From the sequence record PV173775: DNA of 64,000 bases; one strand, 5' to 3'. This document shows positions 36,732 to 48,607 of this stretch, one piece after another; within the stretch, counting starts at the first letter, position 1, and every line of letters begins with the position of its first letter. This DNA comes from Escherichia phage GEP001. Position numbers and translations under genes: made by a program. Under the pieces are notes generated by a model. That model saw nothing but the letters and a program-made list of their open reading frames with translations, did not search any database and was not told the DNA's origin.

Positions 36732-38282
36732 TTAGTAATGAATTTTAATAATATAGTTTAATGATATATTCCATGGTCTAGTTTCATAACCAATTAATCC
36801 TTCACGATTAAGTGTACCAAGGGCATCTCTCGGTCCACCCAATTCAAATCCATCATTAGTGAAGTATGAAGCATTATCCCAGTCGGAATATTTTCTAGTT
36901 CCAAGATATCCTTGATAAACGGACGCGCCAAATGGAGCTTCATGTCTTTGGTATTCTCCCCAACCACCAGCGTGTTTATGGTATGACATTTGTTGTGCCT
37001 GAACACCACCAACATGCATTCCGTCACATCCTACGCCAAGTCTATCCTTCCCATAACCATCTTGTCCACGTTGATTTAAAATATGACCGCCCGTGCCAGC
37101 TCCTCTAACAAAAAGACCTCTCATATCAGGAATCCCTGGATTATTCCAATCACCACCAAATCTTGCTCCAACCGTGTTTCTATAATCAGGATATTGATCT
37201 CCTGACACGGTTCCGCCGTGGCACATAATCCAACCCGGAGGTGCTGAATCACCCGCAAACATCATAATAGTTCCGACTGGAACCCTTTCGGACGCATATC
37301 TTTCAGTGGCAACAGGTTGATCGCCATTTTTCCACATTCCGCCGCGTGACCAAATTCCGTTTGCTGTAAGATGGTCTAAATTTAAAGAACCATTAATAGT
37401 TTGTCCACCACGAGTATTAATTACATCTGCGTTCCATGCTAATGCACCAGAGCTATCACCTTCAGGGGCAATACCGGCTTGCGTCGTTAATTTAACTACT
37501 CCACGCATAGAACCAGTAGCTCCTCGACCATTTAGTGTTTCACCTGTTACTGCAACATCTCCTAAATTACTGTTAATTTCCGATTGTGTTCCTAAACGTA
37601 TAACACCCTTATATTCTTGTGTTGCAACAGAATTCATAAAGGTATACGGAGAAATTGCATATCCTTCGCGGAGAGTTCCTTGACGAGTTTGCGCAACAGT
37701 AGATAATTGAACTACACCTCTCACAGATTCTGATGCAGTATCTTCGGAAGGAGCTATTTGTGAAATTAATTTTATTGCAAGTTTTTGGGTTTTTAATGGA
37801 GTCATTGCCGTAGTATCATCTACACCAGCTAAAGCTGCAGGTGTAGATGATATTTTAATAACCCCGTTTGATGACTCAGACGAATATCTATTTTGGAACA
37901 CATCGTCAGTATGATATTTCAGTTTTTGCGGCGTTATTGATGAATTATTATCTGAACCTTCTAATGTTTCTTCATTTGTTGAATAACGCGTTAAACCATA
38001 TTTAGTTTCAGTAGCATTTGGATACAATAATCTTGTTGCTAATGTAGCTGGTGTAACGATTTTAGAATTATTAGTTCCATCTAAAACCTCTTGCTCTGAC
38101 GCAATCATTGCTATTCCTTTAACTTCCATAGTTGCATCAGGAATACCATTTACGCCGATATTACTTATTTTTGATAATGCAGACTGCACTGTCGTGACAG
38201 TGTCAGGAAAATTCGATCCAGTAGGATCGAATTTAACATATTTTGATTCATTTGATACGTGCTGATATGTATTGTTACTCAT
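36732..38282 (-). CDS. 12: short tail fibre protein (T4 gp12)
   Basis: 516 aa (T4 527 from memory); position between wac and gene 11. Confidence 0.85.
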   Translation of the reverse strand: MSNNTYQHVSNESKYVKFDPTGSNFPDTVTTVQSALSKISNIGVNGIPDATMEVKGIAMIASEQEVLDGTNNSKIVTPATLATRLLYPNATETKYGLTRYSTNEETLEGSDNNSSITPQKLKYHTDDVFQNRYSSESSNGVIKISSTPAALAGVDDTTAMTPLKTQKLAIKLISQIAPSEDTASESVRGVVQLSTVAQTRQGTLREGYAISPYTFMNSVATQEYKGVIRLGTQSEINSNLGDVAVTGETLNGRGATGSMRGVVKLTTQAGIAPEGDSSGALAWNADVINTRGGQTINGSLNLDHLTANGIWSRGGMWKNGDQPVATERYASERVPVGTIMMFAGDSAPPGWIMCHGGTVSGDQYPDYRNTVGARFGGDWNNPGIPDMRGLFVRGAGTGGHILNQRGQDGYGKDRLGVGCDGMHVGGVQAQQMSYHKHAGGWGEYQRHEAPFGASVYQGYLGTRKYSDWDNASYFTNDGFELGGPRDALGTLNREGLIGYETRPWNISLNYIIKIHY

Positions 38283-38956
38283 GCTATTCTCTCAAAATAA
38301 TAAAATACCGTAGGTTGTGTGTGACTATCTAGCGTGACAGTTTGCGCACCTAATAATTGCCAAGTTCCGTATCCAGGTTTAGAAGGAGAAATTATTTCCT
38401 GTTTGAAAGTAATTCCTTTATCAGAGTATTGTTCTAAGATATGTTCTTGGTTATCTAAATACTTAACTTGTATTTTATTTCCTATGGTAGGATGGTCTTC
38501 AAATGAATCAATTGCAATAAATTTTGCAACCATTTCCTGTAGAGCTGTTCTAACGGCACTGGTAAATTCGATTGAAGTCATTCCGTTGGTAGCTTTAACA
38601 GGAATGCCAAACATGTTAACAATAACTGGGTCACCTGGTTTGGCTGAAGTATCATTGACAGTTCCTTCAAATGACCAATAGTCTGTTTGCTGCACGCCAG
38701 TAGGAGATACGCCACTTATATTAACTAATACAGCTCCAACCTGTTGCTCTGCCATATTTCTAACATCATTAATAGCAGATTCTACATTTGGGTCATAAAA
38801 CCCTTTTGCTATTTGTGAAATTGTTACAGCACCTACTGGCTGATTATTCATAACCGAAATATCATTTTTCTTAGTTCTAAAACCAAGAAAATCTGCTAAG
38901 CGGGAAATAACTCCCGCTTTATTATTAAGTAAACTCATTATGCAATCCTTATCCAA
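38279..38956 (-). CDS. 11: baseplate wedge / short-fibre attachment protein (T4 gp11)
   Basis: ORF of 225 aa (T4 219 from memory; start probably an internal Met). Confidence 0.8.
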   Translation of the reverse strand: MDKDCIMSLLNNKAGVISRLADFLGFRTKKNDISVMNNQPVGAVTISQIAKGFYDPNVESAINDVRNMAEQQVGAVLVNISGVSPTGVQQTDYWSFEGTVNDTSAKPGDPVIVNMFGIPVKATNGMTSIEFTSAVRTALQEMVAKFIAIDSFEDHPTIGNKIQVKYLDNQEHILEQYSDKGITFKQEIISPSKPGYGTWQLLGAQTVTLDSHTQPTVFYYFERIA

Positions 38957-40743
38957 CGATATACAGTAATAGACGGTTGAATATTACTAATATTAGCAGG
39001 AGGAGTATGTGAAGAGTTTGTTGTTGCATAGTCTTCACGATATTTTGTATATATAGGACCAGTTTCGTCTGGGTCATATTGGCAACCTCCAATAATAACC
39101 GATCCATTTTCGTCTTCAATTAAAACTCTTTCGTCGGTTTTAGTTGCAGGAAGATTTGCGTTTTCAAGCGTTACTGATGTTGTTCCAACTGTTCCACCGG
39201 CAGTATGTGAAGGATTTCCGCTAGAATCTAAATCATTATTGTTTAAAGCAAAGTTTGGATCCGTAACATCATCATTCCATCCTACTAAAACTTGTCCTTT
39301 ACCAAATAATTTCCATGAACCAAATCCCATATAAGTCACCGGATTATTTGGATTTATAGCATTTTCATAAATTGAACCTACAGGATAAATGCTATCGAAA
39401 ATAGATGATATTGAATTATACGTTCTAGTATAAGAATCAACTTTTTCAACATTTGGCCAACCGATTTTATCAAAATCTGTTAAGGCTACATCACCAGTAA
39501 CTTCGGTAGATGATCCTTTACTAACATAACGGTCATCAGTCAATTCAATAATGTCATCTTTTTCTAAAAGAGTTCCTAAATCGTTATTGAACCATGTTAT
39601 AACGATAATGTCACCTGATTCAAATTTTCTATCAAATAAAAGACTGGTAGGTTTTCCATCTTCATATTCTATAGAATAATCTGTGTTTGATTCTTTCCAT
39701 TCGCCACCAAGAGATATACATCCTTCTTGTGTATCTGAACTAGCGCCTTCACACAAAAACAGAGGATATCCAGCTGTTCCAGCCTGCTGCTGTAAAATTC
39801 CATTAAAACGAACCTCAAGAGAGTTAGGATTAATGGGTTCACCAGGAATTAATCCAAATGCAGAAAATGGAATTGATTTCATCGCCGATAAATCAGTAAC
39901 ATAAATGCTTCCTTCTAAAGAAGTCTTTGATGTTAGTTTTGAATCTAGTACTTTTATTTGGCGTCTAGTATATGAACTTCTCCATTGTGATACACCATCC
40001 ATAAATGTTTCAATTTGAACAGTGTCACCAATATTACAAGGCTGTCTTAATCGAATATTAAATCCATCAAGAGGAACTAATTCGCCTTCATTTTCGCCCG
40101 GAGAGCCAAAGTCACTGTTTTCGCTAAATACATCGCCGTAATACAATTCGTTACCACGATGTTTTACTCTGATGTTATTGACATTATAACTAGTTCCATT
40201 GAAAACATCTAAAAAGTCTGTTTGTCCTTGAACTTCAACTAAAAATTCTTTGCGAGCTACATTACTAATGTCTGAACTAATAATTTTATCAATTTGCTTA
40301 TTTTTGACATACTCCCAGCGTCCTGGAGCGCAATAAACGAGCTCTAAATCACTAAATTGAATATTAATTTCAACTGATGATGACGACCCTTTAATTGTAT
40401 CTCCGGAAGCAGCTACTAGTGTAACTGGATTGATGTTCCACGTTGCAAATACATCCCTGGCTCTAATTACCTTGTTGTAATCATTGACAGTTCCTTTAGG
40501 AAGTTGTAGAGTTACTCTTCCAGAAGAGGTATTAATAGCGTATGATTTTCCCCATTCTGCCGTTAGTGTTTGACCAGATGAAGCATCATAAGTTTTCCAG
40601 GCACCGGCTGAATATGGAACATCTCCATCACCAAGTTCATAATAAAGCTCATCAAAGTTTTCATTTATTTTTATACCACCTTTACGCAGGTAGTCACCGG
40701 TACCATCATCAACAACATTACCGATATTAATATTTTGTTTCAT
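38938..40743 (-). CDS. 10: baseplate wedge protein (T4 gp10)
   Basis: 601 aa (T4 602). Confidence 0.85.
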   Translation of the reverse strand: MKQNINIGNVVDDGTGDYLRKGGIKINENFDELYYELGDGDVPYSAGAWKTYDASSGQTLTAEWGKSYAINTSSGRVTLQLPKGTVNDYNKVIRARDVFATWNINPVTLVAASGDTIKGSSSSVEINIQFSDLELVYCAPGRWEYVKNKQIDKIISSDISNVARKEFLVEVQGQTDFLDVFNGTSYNVNNIRVKHRGNELYYGDVFSENSDFGSPGENEGELVPLDGFNIRLRQPCNIGDTVQIETFMDGVSQWRSSYTRRQIKVLDSKLTSKTSLEGSIYVTDLSAMKSIPFSAFGLIPGEPINPNSLEVRFNGILQQQAGTAGYPLFLCEGASSDTQEGCISLGGEWKESNTDYSIEYEDGKPTSLLFDRKFESGDIIVITWFNNDLGTLLEKDDIIELTDDRYVSKGSSTEVTGDVALTDFDKIGWPNVEKVDSYTRTYNSISSIFDSIYPVGSIYENAINPNNPVTYMGFGSWKLFGKGQVLVGWNDDVTDPNFALNNNDLDSSGNPSHTAGGTVGTTSVTLENANLPATKTDERVLIEDENGSVIIGGCQYDPDETGPIYTKYREDYATTNSSHTPPANISNIQPSITVYRWIRIA

Positions 40744-41609
40744 TATTGAGCCACCCCGATTTTCTGCGTAGCGATAACTTTAACTGCTGCTCTCATACCG
40801 ACAGTTGAAGAACTTATAGTCGCCGTTACATAATTTTCTTTAATACTAAATGCAATATTAGCGATTTCGTCTTCTTCGGTTTCATTCCCAACCCGCATGA
40901 CAGCATATTCAGAAGAAATGACCGTTGAATTAACAGTATCTACAAGAATATTTATTTCTGCCGTTTTAATTTTTCTTCCATCTACCGATTGACAAGTAAC
41001 TAGCAATTTAGCCATATTGTATTCAGTACGATGAAATAATGGAATGTCAACTGATCCGGATGTAGAAATATTCCATGTACCTTCAGCCGGTGATTCCTTT
41101 TGGCCAAACATACTTTCAATAGAATAATTCCAAACTGACGTAGAATTATCAGATGAAATACAACGTAAAGTAACTTTACTATATGGGCTAGTTACTACCA
41201 AATTACCTGAAACACCTTTAATTGAATCAATGGCTTGAATTGTTAAAGGATTAGTAACTGATATCGATCCGTTAGAATTAATGAATTCAACACAGTCACC
41301 GAGTTCTCCTCTTTCAATGATAACTTTAACACCAACAGTAGAGGTATCAATATCATGCCTAGTACCAACTTTCACCGGAGTTGCGTACTCTGTGATAGAA
41401 TGCTTTTGATAATATCCAGTAGCATGGATAATTTGGCCGTCAGCACCAGTACCATTTGCTACTGCCATTTTACGCTGATCGCCAAACGCGTTATAAATTG
41501 CATTAAAATCACTATTAATTTTATTACCACCGTCGAATAAGATATCACCAGTAGAAGCGTTACCAATTTCGCCGGTATCAATCAATTTCTTTGGTTCTTG
41601 AATGAACAT
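40743..41609 (-). CDS. 9: baseplate wedge / long-fibre socket protein (T4 gp9)
   Basis: 288 aa as T4 gp9. Confidence 0.85.
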   Translation of the reverse strand: MFIQEPKKLIDTGEIGNASTGDILFDGGNKINSDFNAIYNAFGDQRKMAVANGTGADGQIIHATGYYQKHSITEYATPVKVGTRHDIDTSTVGVKVIIERGELGDCVEFINSNGSISVTNPLTIQAIDSIKGVSGNLVVTSPYSKVTLRCISSDNSTSVWNYSIESMFGQKESPAEGTWNISTSGSVDIPLFHRTEYNMAKLLVTCQSVDGRKIKTAEINILVDTVNSTVISSEYAVMRVGNETEEDEIANIAFSIKENYVTATISSSTVGMRAAVKVIATQKIGVAQ

Positions 41610-41648
41610 AGCGGTTTCCTTATGAGTTTATAGTATTTATAAAGAAAA

Positions 41649-41668
41649 AGGGAGCCCATGGGCTCCCT
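41649..41668 (-). terminator. palindromic hairpin between genes 9 and 8
   Basis: AGGGAGCCCATGGGCTCCCT, a perfect palindrome in the intergenic space. Confidence 0.4.
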
Positions 41669-41672
41669 TAAT

Positions 41673-42677
41673 TTAAAATGTAAACAGAATATTGATTTCT
41701 TCTGTTTGATCCATTGCCATAATAATAGGTGGCCTATTTTCCATATAAATCATTTCGCCCGAATGCCTCATTAAATCTTCCGGATCATAGTAATCCTTTT
41801 CAGCTTTAACGTTTGGGTCATTTGGATGAACTTTAGCTTCAAGAGGATTCGTGATTATCGATATTTGTCTAAATCCTTTATTTCCTGGCAATGCAGCTTC
41901 AGGAAAATAAACTGAATCTAAGTATGCTTTAAAACGAATAGTATTTGCCTTAACCCGGTAAATTAATCCAAAATCATCTTGCTGCCAAGTGAGGTTATCT
42001 TCATACCCCCATCTAGTCGGGTCTTCTTTTAATTCCTCGGGCCAAGGAACCACGATATATTCATTCGTGCATCTGTTTATAGATACATCAGGCGGAATCT
42101 CAAAAAGATATTCCCATACATACCCGTCTCCAGGTTCGATTGTTCCTTCCGCGTCTCCTCGACCTTCAGGAGGAGTCATTGACCTAACAGAAGGAGTCCA
42201 TTTTCCACCTAGCTTAAGGCATTCATCCTTATTAGTTAAAGACTCAATTGAGCACATTCCAGTATCAGGAACATCTAAACAACGATATACTAACCAGCCT
42301 GCGCCTGATTCGGTAGCGTTGTAAGGAGCTGAGTTACACACTACAATATCGTTAATTCTAAATGTGTATGGATCCGGATATCTAGTATCTCCCCAATCTC
42401 GACGAGGAATAACTGCATCAAGCATAGATGGAAGAACCTTCACGGTTCCCATCATATGAGTCCACATGTCAGTTACACCTAACACAGAATCGGTGGGATA
42501 AGGTGGGGCAAATCCCACCTCATTTTCGTTTGATGACCACGGTTCTGATCTTCCAAATGTAATAAAGATAGTGTTTTTATCCGGACCACTTCCAATTGAA
42601 TTATAAAAATTCAACATTTTTTCTGTTCTAAATTTTGAAGTAACTATCGCACGATAGATAACACTTGAATCATTCAT
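41673..42677 (-). CDS. 8: baseplate wedge protein (T4 gp8)
   Basis: 334 aa as T4 gp8. Confidence 0.85.
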   Translation of the reverse strand: MNDSSVIYRAIVTSKFRTEKMLNFYNSIGSGPDKNTIFITFGRSEPWSSNENEVGFAPPYPTDSVLGVTDMWTHMMGTVKVLPSMLDAVIPRRDWGDTRYPDPYTFRINDIVVCNSAPYNATESGAGWLVYRCLDVPDTGMCSIESLTNKDECLKLGGKWTPSVRSMTPPEGRGDAEGTIEPGDGYVWEYLFEIPPDVSINRCTNEYIVVPWPEELKEDPTRWGYEDNLTWQQDDFGLIYRVKANTIRFKAYLDSVYFPEAALPGNKGFRQISIITNPLEAKVHPNDPNVKAEKDYYDPEDLMRHSGEMIYMENRPPIIMAMDQTEEINILFTF

Positions 42678-45600
42678 CTATTTTAACCTGTGTTGGATTT
42701 TCATGGTCTCTTGGATTTCCTATATTATCTTTTAGACGTTTATTAACTAAATCCCTAAATTGTGCAAATGTTGTTCCAGATGCATCAAATAGAGGACTCA
42801 TTAATTTACGTCGTTCAGATGGCAATTGACCTTGAAATATTGAATTATTATTTTCAGCATTATAGTCATCAGGAAGAGGATATTCTACACCAGCCATTGG
42901 GCCAGGTTCATAAATTGCTTCGCCTGTTACTGAGTCATGCTCAATTTCACCGGTTGGAGTCAATTTGGCTACTCTATCAGCATATTCAGTAGGCAATCCA
43001 GAATCCCATTTATAGTTTTTGTATTTATTAATTATAGTCTCTGTGTGTTTAAGAGTTAAACCAACATTAATAAACATTGTTAAAAGGGTAATTGCTATAA
43101 ATCCAAATCCTACTGGATGAACAAAACGAATAACGTCAGATTTCCAGCGGGAAGAAGGTAAATTGGATTTAATTTTCATTACATAATATGATCTACTTCT
43201 ATTAATATAGTCTATATTATTTTGAAGCAAATCCTTTCCTTTAACCCCGCGAATAATTTCGCCTTCGAAACTAGGGAGTCTTTCTGCTTTAACTTCTTGA
43301 CCGGCAATTAATCTTCCCAAAAGATTATGAATAGTTACGGTCCATTGCAATTTACCATTAGAATAGCTTCTTTCTATATAAGTAACATTACATCTTCCTG
43401 TAGCTGTATAAATCGTTTGTCCTACTAAGTCTTCGGTTAAAGAATCAGATTGAACGATTATATCATATTCAGTACCAGCTCCAGATTCAATTTCAATTTC
43501 AACTTCTTCATTATAAAGAACTTTAAAAAGAAATTTGTATGATGCTTCAATTCCTTTAGTAGAATAAAAATCATAGCTACGTGATTCAAAAAATCTTGCA
43601 ACAGCATCACGTTTATCAGCATTTAAATAAATGTTTCTTTTATATATCTCTGACCACAAATATTCCCACGCGTGCTCTTCTCGCGGATATTGGTTACGAA
43701 TTAAATTTCGTAAATTATTATACTGAGTTCCATATCCATCAGAAAGATACTGAATATATGCTTCACAGAATGCCTCAAAATTAGAATCCTGTAGCAAATA
43801 AGAATCAGGCATCATTGTGCCAATCAATGGTCTTAAATCAGGATCAGCTAATCCATGCTCTTCTTCCGGGGACCAAGGAGTTTCACGCTCTTGGTTTTGT
43901 AAAAATGCTTTTAAAAATATTCCAGTTGGCTTCCAAATTATTTCAACCGTGTCTCTCACTCGATAGTTAAAATCATAGTAAGAAATTATTTCACCAGAAG
44001 ACTTATAAAAAAGCATCCCAGACGCGTATTTTTTAAATCCCGTGAATTTAACATTTGGCATTACTATCGTGCAATCACCATCATCCCAATATTCATGAAC
44101 TAATCTATCTGGTGATGTTTCAGGAATATTTTCTATAACTTTAGTGTATTTTAAATCAGCATAAACTACTACAGCTCTGTCAGAGTTGTTTATCCAACAA
44201 CGTGTGTTAGATTTTTTAGACCAGTTAAAGAATGGTTCTGCATAGTATTTCATCGGCTGAGGCGTAAAAGTTTCCCAATCAGATTTTTCATCTGCTATAA
44301 ATGCCATCATATGATAATGCTTATCAGCTAGCCATTCACGTGGAAATTCATATTTAACAGCACCGATTAACTGATATTTCGCTGCAGTTTCAGGGTCATT
44401 AACAATGTTATCACTTAAAAATTTAAAATTACTCGAAGACAGAGAAACTAATTTACCGTCAGTTGACATATTCGCATATCCAGGTTGAATACGTCTTCTT
44501 TCTTCTTCAGTGTTGCCAAAAACTCTTTTCCATGTTTTCGTGCCATGATTTAAAACATATATTCCTTTATCGGCAGAATCAATTATTTTTGATGTTCTAG
44601 GATTAGCATTTAATGTTTCAACTTCTCCAACAATAAGAGCAAAAACTTTATCACCAATAGAATCCATTTTATAACATACTGCTTTAGGATTTCCGGTTAT
44701 AGTCATCGTATCAGGTTCAAATAGCCTTTCCGAATATGTTGGAGATAATGGGTCAGAATCTATAGGTGCATTACTCGTTTTTATGTATCTAACTTTGTCT
44801 CTGGCGACAACGTAAATGTAATCATCGGTGCAAGTAATAGCTTCTGCAATACGGTATACATTAGCTGGCAAAGTCGCGTAAGTGGCAAAAATTTCTACAT
44901 CAAATCCTAGATGTAATTGGTCGCCAAGTTTAGCGAATGTTATATCCTGCGAACTAAATCTGACATCATCAGCTGACCATCTAACATCAGTAGATTTGCG
45001 GCCGTAGAAAATCTTGTCGTATCCTAGAACGTATGTTGTGTTTGCAGATTGGTAATATACAGTCTTAGATAAAGGATATCCTACGCGGTCATTGAAGAGC
45101 TTTACAGCTTTCCAGGTTTGTCCTTTATCATTAGATACTTTAACTACAGGTTGATAACGCTCAAAAAGATATAGAATCCCTTCTGATTCCATCAAATAAA
45201 CTCGGTTAATATCCTTACATACTTGCTGAATAGAACCTTGTATTTCATGATACTCATTTTCACCAATAATAAAATTACTTATTGATGAAACATCAACATA
45301 TGATGGGCTGAATTGAAACGATTCATTCATCAATGCAGCCATTATAGTGTCATTGTTAAAATTGACATAGTCAGAATTATTAAGAGTAAATTTTTCCTGA
45401 ATGAATTTATTAGCTAATTGCATTTCAATCATGTTTTGAAATGTATAAGCGTTTGTAGCAAAAGTTTCAAACTCTTCAGTATAAATCCAATCAGACTGCT
45501 CAAAATCCTGCGCAGCTGTAGCTACTCTAATAATGTACGATGTCAATGGATTAGCATTATCAAAAAAGAAGCTGTTATTTGCAGTATATCCTAAGTTAAT

Positions 45601-45768
45601 CCATCGGTATTGATTGCTCGGGAGATTTTCTCCCGAGTTTGTTTTTGTCTCAGCGATTTCTACAAAATAGTAGAAATTAGCACCAACGTCATCCCAGCGT
45701 ACTTGCACCTGATTTGCGGATAACTTGGAAATTCTGAGACTAGTGACTGAAGGTGCTTTTACTGTCAT
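42670..45768 (-). CDS. 7: baseplate wedge protein (T4 gp7)
   Basis: 1032 aa as T4 gp7. Confidence 0.9.
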   Translation of the reverse strand: MTVKAPSVTSLRISKLSANQVQVRWDDVGANFYYFVEIAETKTNSGENLPSNQYRWINLGYTANNSFFFDNANPLTSYIIRVATAAQDFEQSDWIYTEEFETFATNAYTFQNMIEMQLANKFIQEKFTLNNSDYVNFNNDTIMAALMNESFQFSPSYVDVSSISNFIIGENEYHEIQGSIQQVCKDINRVYLMESEGILYLFERYQPVVKVSNDKGQTWKAVKLFNDRVGYPLSKTVYYQSANTTYVLGYDKIFYGRKSTDVRWSADDVRFSSQDITFAKLGDQLHLGFDVEIFATYATLPANVYRIAEAITCTDDYIYVVARDKVRYIKTSNAPIDSDPLSPTYSERLFEPDTMTITGNPKAVCYKMDSIGDKVFALIVGEVETLNANPRTSKIIDSADKGIYVLNHGTKTWKRVFGNTEEERRRIQPGYANMSTDGKLVSLSSSNFKFLSDNIVNDPETAAKYQLIGAVKYEFPREWLADKHYHMMAFIADEKSDWETFTPQPMKYYAEPFFNWSKKSNTRCWINNSDRAVVVYADLKYTKVIENIPETSPDRLVHEYWDDGDCTIVMPNVKFTGFKKYASGMLFYKSSGEIISYYDFNYRVRDTVEIIWKPTGIFLKAFLQNQERETPWSPEEEHGLADPDLRPLIGTMMPDSYLLQDSNFEAFCEAYIQYLSDGYGTQYNNLRNLIRNQYPREEHAWEYLWSEIYKRNIYLNADKRDAVARFFESRSYDFYSTKGIEASYKFLFKVLYNEEVEIEIESGAGTEYDIIVQSDSLTEDLVGQTIYTATGRCNVTYIERSYSNGKLQWTVTIHNLLGRLIAGQEVKAERLPSFEGEIIRGVKGKDLLQNNIDYINRSRSYYVMKIKSNLPSSRWKSDVIRFVHPVGFGFIAITLLTMFINVGLTLKHTETIINKYKNYKWDSGLPTEYADRVAKLTPTGEIEHDSVTGEAIYEPGPMAGVEYPLPDDYNAENNNSIFQGQLPSERRKLMSPLFDASGTTFAQFRDLVNKRLKDNIGNPRDHENPTQVKIDE

Positions 45769-47747
45769 TGTGATATAGGCTCCAAATCGATAGTTAAGTA
45801 TTGTGGGCGTAAATCATTTTCAAATACAATCAGTGAACCATCGCGTGTGAAAATAACATCGTCTATTGGATCAGAATATAGCTCAATAGTCTGAACCTCA
45901 AATTTATCGGATGTTAAATTAATTTTAGCGATATTCCAATAAATCATGTCAGCTGGATAATTTATTTCACCGATAACATAGTATTTGTCACGTCCATCGG
46001 AACTTGCTAATTTATTAAAATCATTGCCTGTATATGGCTGAATGTTTTCATTTTCTGTAACATCACCCGAAGCAAATGGACCAATAATAACTTTACCAAT
46101 TCCTTTAGAATCTCGGTCTGTTGATACTATACGAACGTCATATAATACATCTTCTTCTAAGCCAGTATCAGGATTTACAACCTTTCGTCCTGAATTAAAT
46201 GAAAACGTATTAGATTCCATAGAACGATCTTTTATTTGATTATTGTATTTAATACCCGCTTCAGGCGTTTTATAGAAGTTTTGTACTTCACGTACCATCT
46301 GAATTGTCGCTGATGAGCCAATAATAGAATGATCTGCATCATCTACATATGTCAACATCTTAGATTTAGCGAAAGATGAGTTAAAAATTTCTACATCTTC
46401 GGTATAATAACGATCAATTTTATCAATTATTTGACCTTCTAGCCACTGTTCTGATTCTTGCAGCTTATTTAAAGCATATGTGACTTTTAAATTAGTCTTA
46501 ACAAAAAGATAATTAGGAGAAATAATTGATGGTGTAATAGGAGCTAAATTATAATCTTTGAGATAATTTTTAATATCTTCACGTTGTACAGTAGTTAAAT
46601 ATAGTCCTGATTTAGGTTTAGCAGCAATAAATGCATAACCAGGTTTAGTAGAATCAGTGAAAGTCTGAACCGCTTGAATAATAGAACCGAATCTTTCTGA
46701 AACAAATGTATCATAGTCGGTCGCAGTTACGCAGCGTTGCTGGGTTTCGCGTTTAATAGTACCCAATTCGCGAATACGCTCAATATCTTCTGGATCGCCA
46801 CCGCCATCTGCCCCAACAAAATCTGGGTCATCATTTGGATTTTCGTTAATATTGATGACAGTTATATTTGTTAATGTATCTGCGTATGAAAATCCGACTG
46901 CACCATTCGCATCTGCACCGTTAGTACTGATATACTCAATAACAATCGTAGAGTTCTGAGTAGGTTTAAGACCTCCAATATAATTAGCGGTCAATGCTCC
47001 TTCTGCCGCGTTAACAGAAATCTCACCTTCACCAAAATAAAATTCAGTATTTCCATCAATAGTTTCACGCATGTAGTAAATTGTTGATGTAGAACCAGCA
47101 TGAACCATTGACTTTCTTGTCCAGTTAATCCATTCTGCTCCATCAACGTATAGTTTAACTTGGTTTCTATCTATATTTTTGTCATAAATGATAATAGGTG
47201 TTAATTTATCATAAATGATTTCAGTTCTTACTATACGTCCTTGGGCCAATTTTAAACGTGGAAAATACTGGTTATTTTTATCACGAATAGCAATAACATC
47301 TTCGGTAGATACAAAGTTGTAAGGATTAACGGAAGTATCTTTTGCATATGCTAAAAAGCGAGTACCACGAGGAATAGTAATGTAATTTCTATTCAATGCG
47401 TCTGTGCAAGTTAGCATAATTTCAGTTTGAGCAGCTGATTTTGAAGTAGGTAAATATCCATTATCTTGTGCCGCTTGAACTACTGAACTACGTAAGTTAG
47501 CAGTACGCATAAAGCTTTCATATACGGCAGCATTACCAAACTGCTGAATGTATAATGTATTATAAGCTAAAAGGTCACACAGAACGTTTAATCTTGAGCC
47601 TTCAAAATCATAATCCAAAAATTCATTTTGACCATTAAGCCATTCAATGAGGTTTTGTTTTATTTCAGCAAATGTACCCCCGACGAATATCTCGGGAATA
47701 GCATTTGCTGTTCTTGTTAATTGATAATTTACAGGGGTATTTGCCAT
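45765..47747 (-). CDS. 6: baseplate wedge protein (T4 gp6)
   Basis: 660 aa as T4 gp6. Confidence 0.9.
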   Translation of the reverse strand: MANTPVNYQLTRTANAIPEIFVGGTFAEIKQNLIEWLNGQNEFLDYDFEGSRLNVLCDLLAYNTLYIQQFGNAAVYESFMRTANLRSSVVQAAQDNGYLPTSKSAAQTEIMLTCTDALNRNYITIPRGTRFLAYAKDTSVNPYNFVSTEDVIAIRDKNNQYFPRLKLAQGRIVRTEIIYDKLTPIIIYDKNIDRNQVKLYVDGAEWINWTRKSMVHAGSTSTIYYMRETIDGNTEFYFGEGEISVNAAEGALTANYIGGLKPTQNSTIVIEYISTNGADANGAVGFSYADTLTNITVININENPNDDPDFVGADGGGDPEDIERIRELGTIKRETQQRCVTATDYDTFVSERFGSIIQAVQTFTDSTKPGYAFIAAKPKSGLYLTTVQREDIKNYLKDYNLAPITPSIISPNYLFVKTNLKVTYALNKLQESEQWLEGQIIDKIDRYYTEDVEIFNSSFAKSKMLTYVDDADHSIIGSSATIQMVREVQNFYKTPEAGIKYNNQIKDRSMESNTFSFNSGRKVVNPDTGLEEDVLYDVRIVSTDRDSKGIGKVIIGPFASGDVTENENIQPYTGNDFNKLASSDGRDKYYVIGEINYPADMIYWNIAKINLTSDKFEVQTIELYSDPIDDVIFTRDGSLIVFENDLRPQYLTIDLEPISQ

Positions 47748-47755
47748 TTTGAATC

Positions 47756-48049
47756 CTATTTAATGAATACTTTAGATGATGCCTGAGCCACAGTATCACC
47801 GCATGATATTGGATCAGCCATTTGAACAGCTTTCTTTCCAGTGACATATACCTTAGAAGTTCTAGGTTGTGTCACTCCGCCATGTGTTTCATATGGTTTT
47901 TTAATTTCTGTATGTTCTGTAATTGGATCACCTGCCACGAGAACAGCAATTCCTCCAGTGAATACTTTACTTTGTGTAGCATTCACAACTGTTGGAGGCC
48001 ATGCTTCATGGCCAGCAGTAACACACTTATCATAACTTAATCCTGACAT
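47756..48049 (-). CDS. 5.4: PAAR-repeat spike tip protein (T4 gp5.4)
   Basis: 97 aa as T4 gp5.4; small Gly/Val-rich beta protein between genes 5 and 6. Confidence 0.8.
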
Positions 48050-48607
48050 TTATTGCCTCTCATACACGTAGCTTCTTAATTTATTAGCCCAACGACTCCA
48101 ATTTCCAACTATAGTTTTTGTGTAATTTTTAACAAGGGTTTTTCTTATTGGAGCTGGAGGATCGGTTGGTTCAGTAGTATCAGAAGATGACCTAGAATTA
48201 CTGCCAGAACCTCCAGATTCACTTTGTTCTTGGTAGTCATATATTAACGTTACTTCATAAGTGAATGTCTTCTGGAGGTTTTGAGGAGCTTTCCATAGAT
48301 ATAACTGAGTATTAGAATCAGTTGGAAGGTCTTCCCATGAAGCAGCAGTTTTAAATTCATTATCTAAACGATATTTCAATGCGTCATTTCCAAATCCAAA
48401 TACAGATTCATACGTTCCATATAAACGATTTTCTTCTACTAAAACCCCAGGAGTTTCTTCGTAACTAGTTATATTTATAGATACTAACGTTTCACCTGTT
48501 TCTAATTGAGCGGTAAAGGTGACGTCGATAGAAGAACCTTCCATGGATTCTCCTAAATCAGCGCTCATTGGAAGTATATTAGCCAATGTCAATCCTCGAT
48601 CCATCAA
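48050..48607 (-). CDS. hypothetical protein (T4 5.1 position)
   Basis: ORF of 185 aa on track overlapping the gene 5 3' end by 29 nt; true start probably an internal Met. Confidence 0.55.
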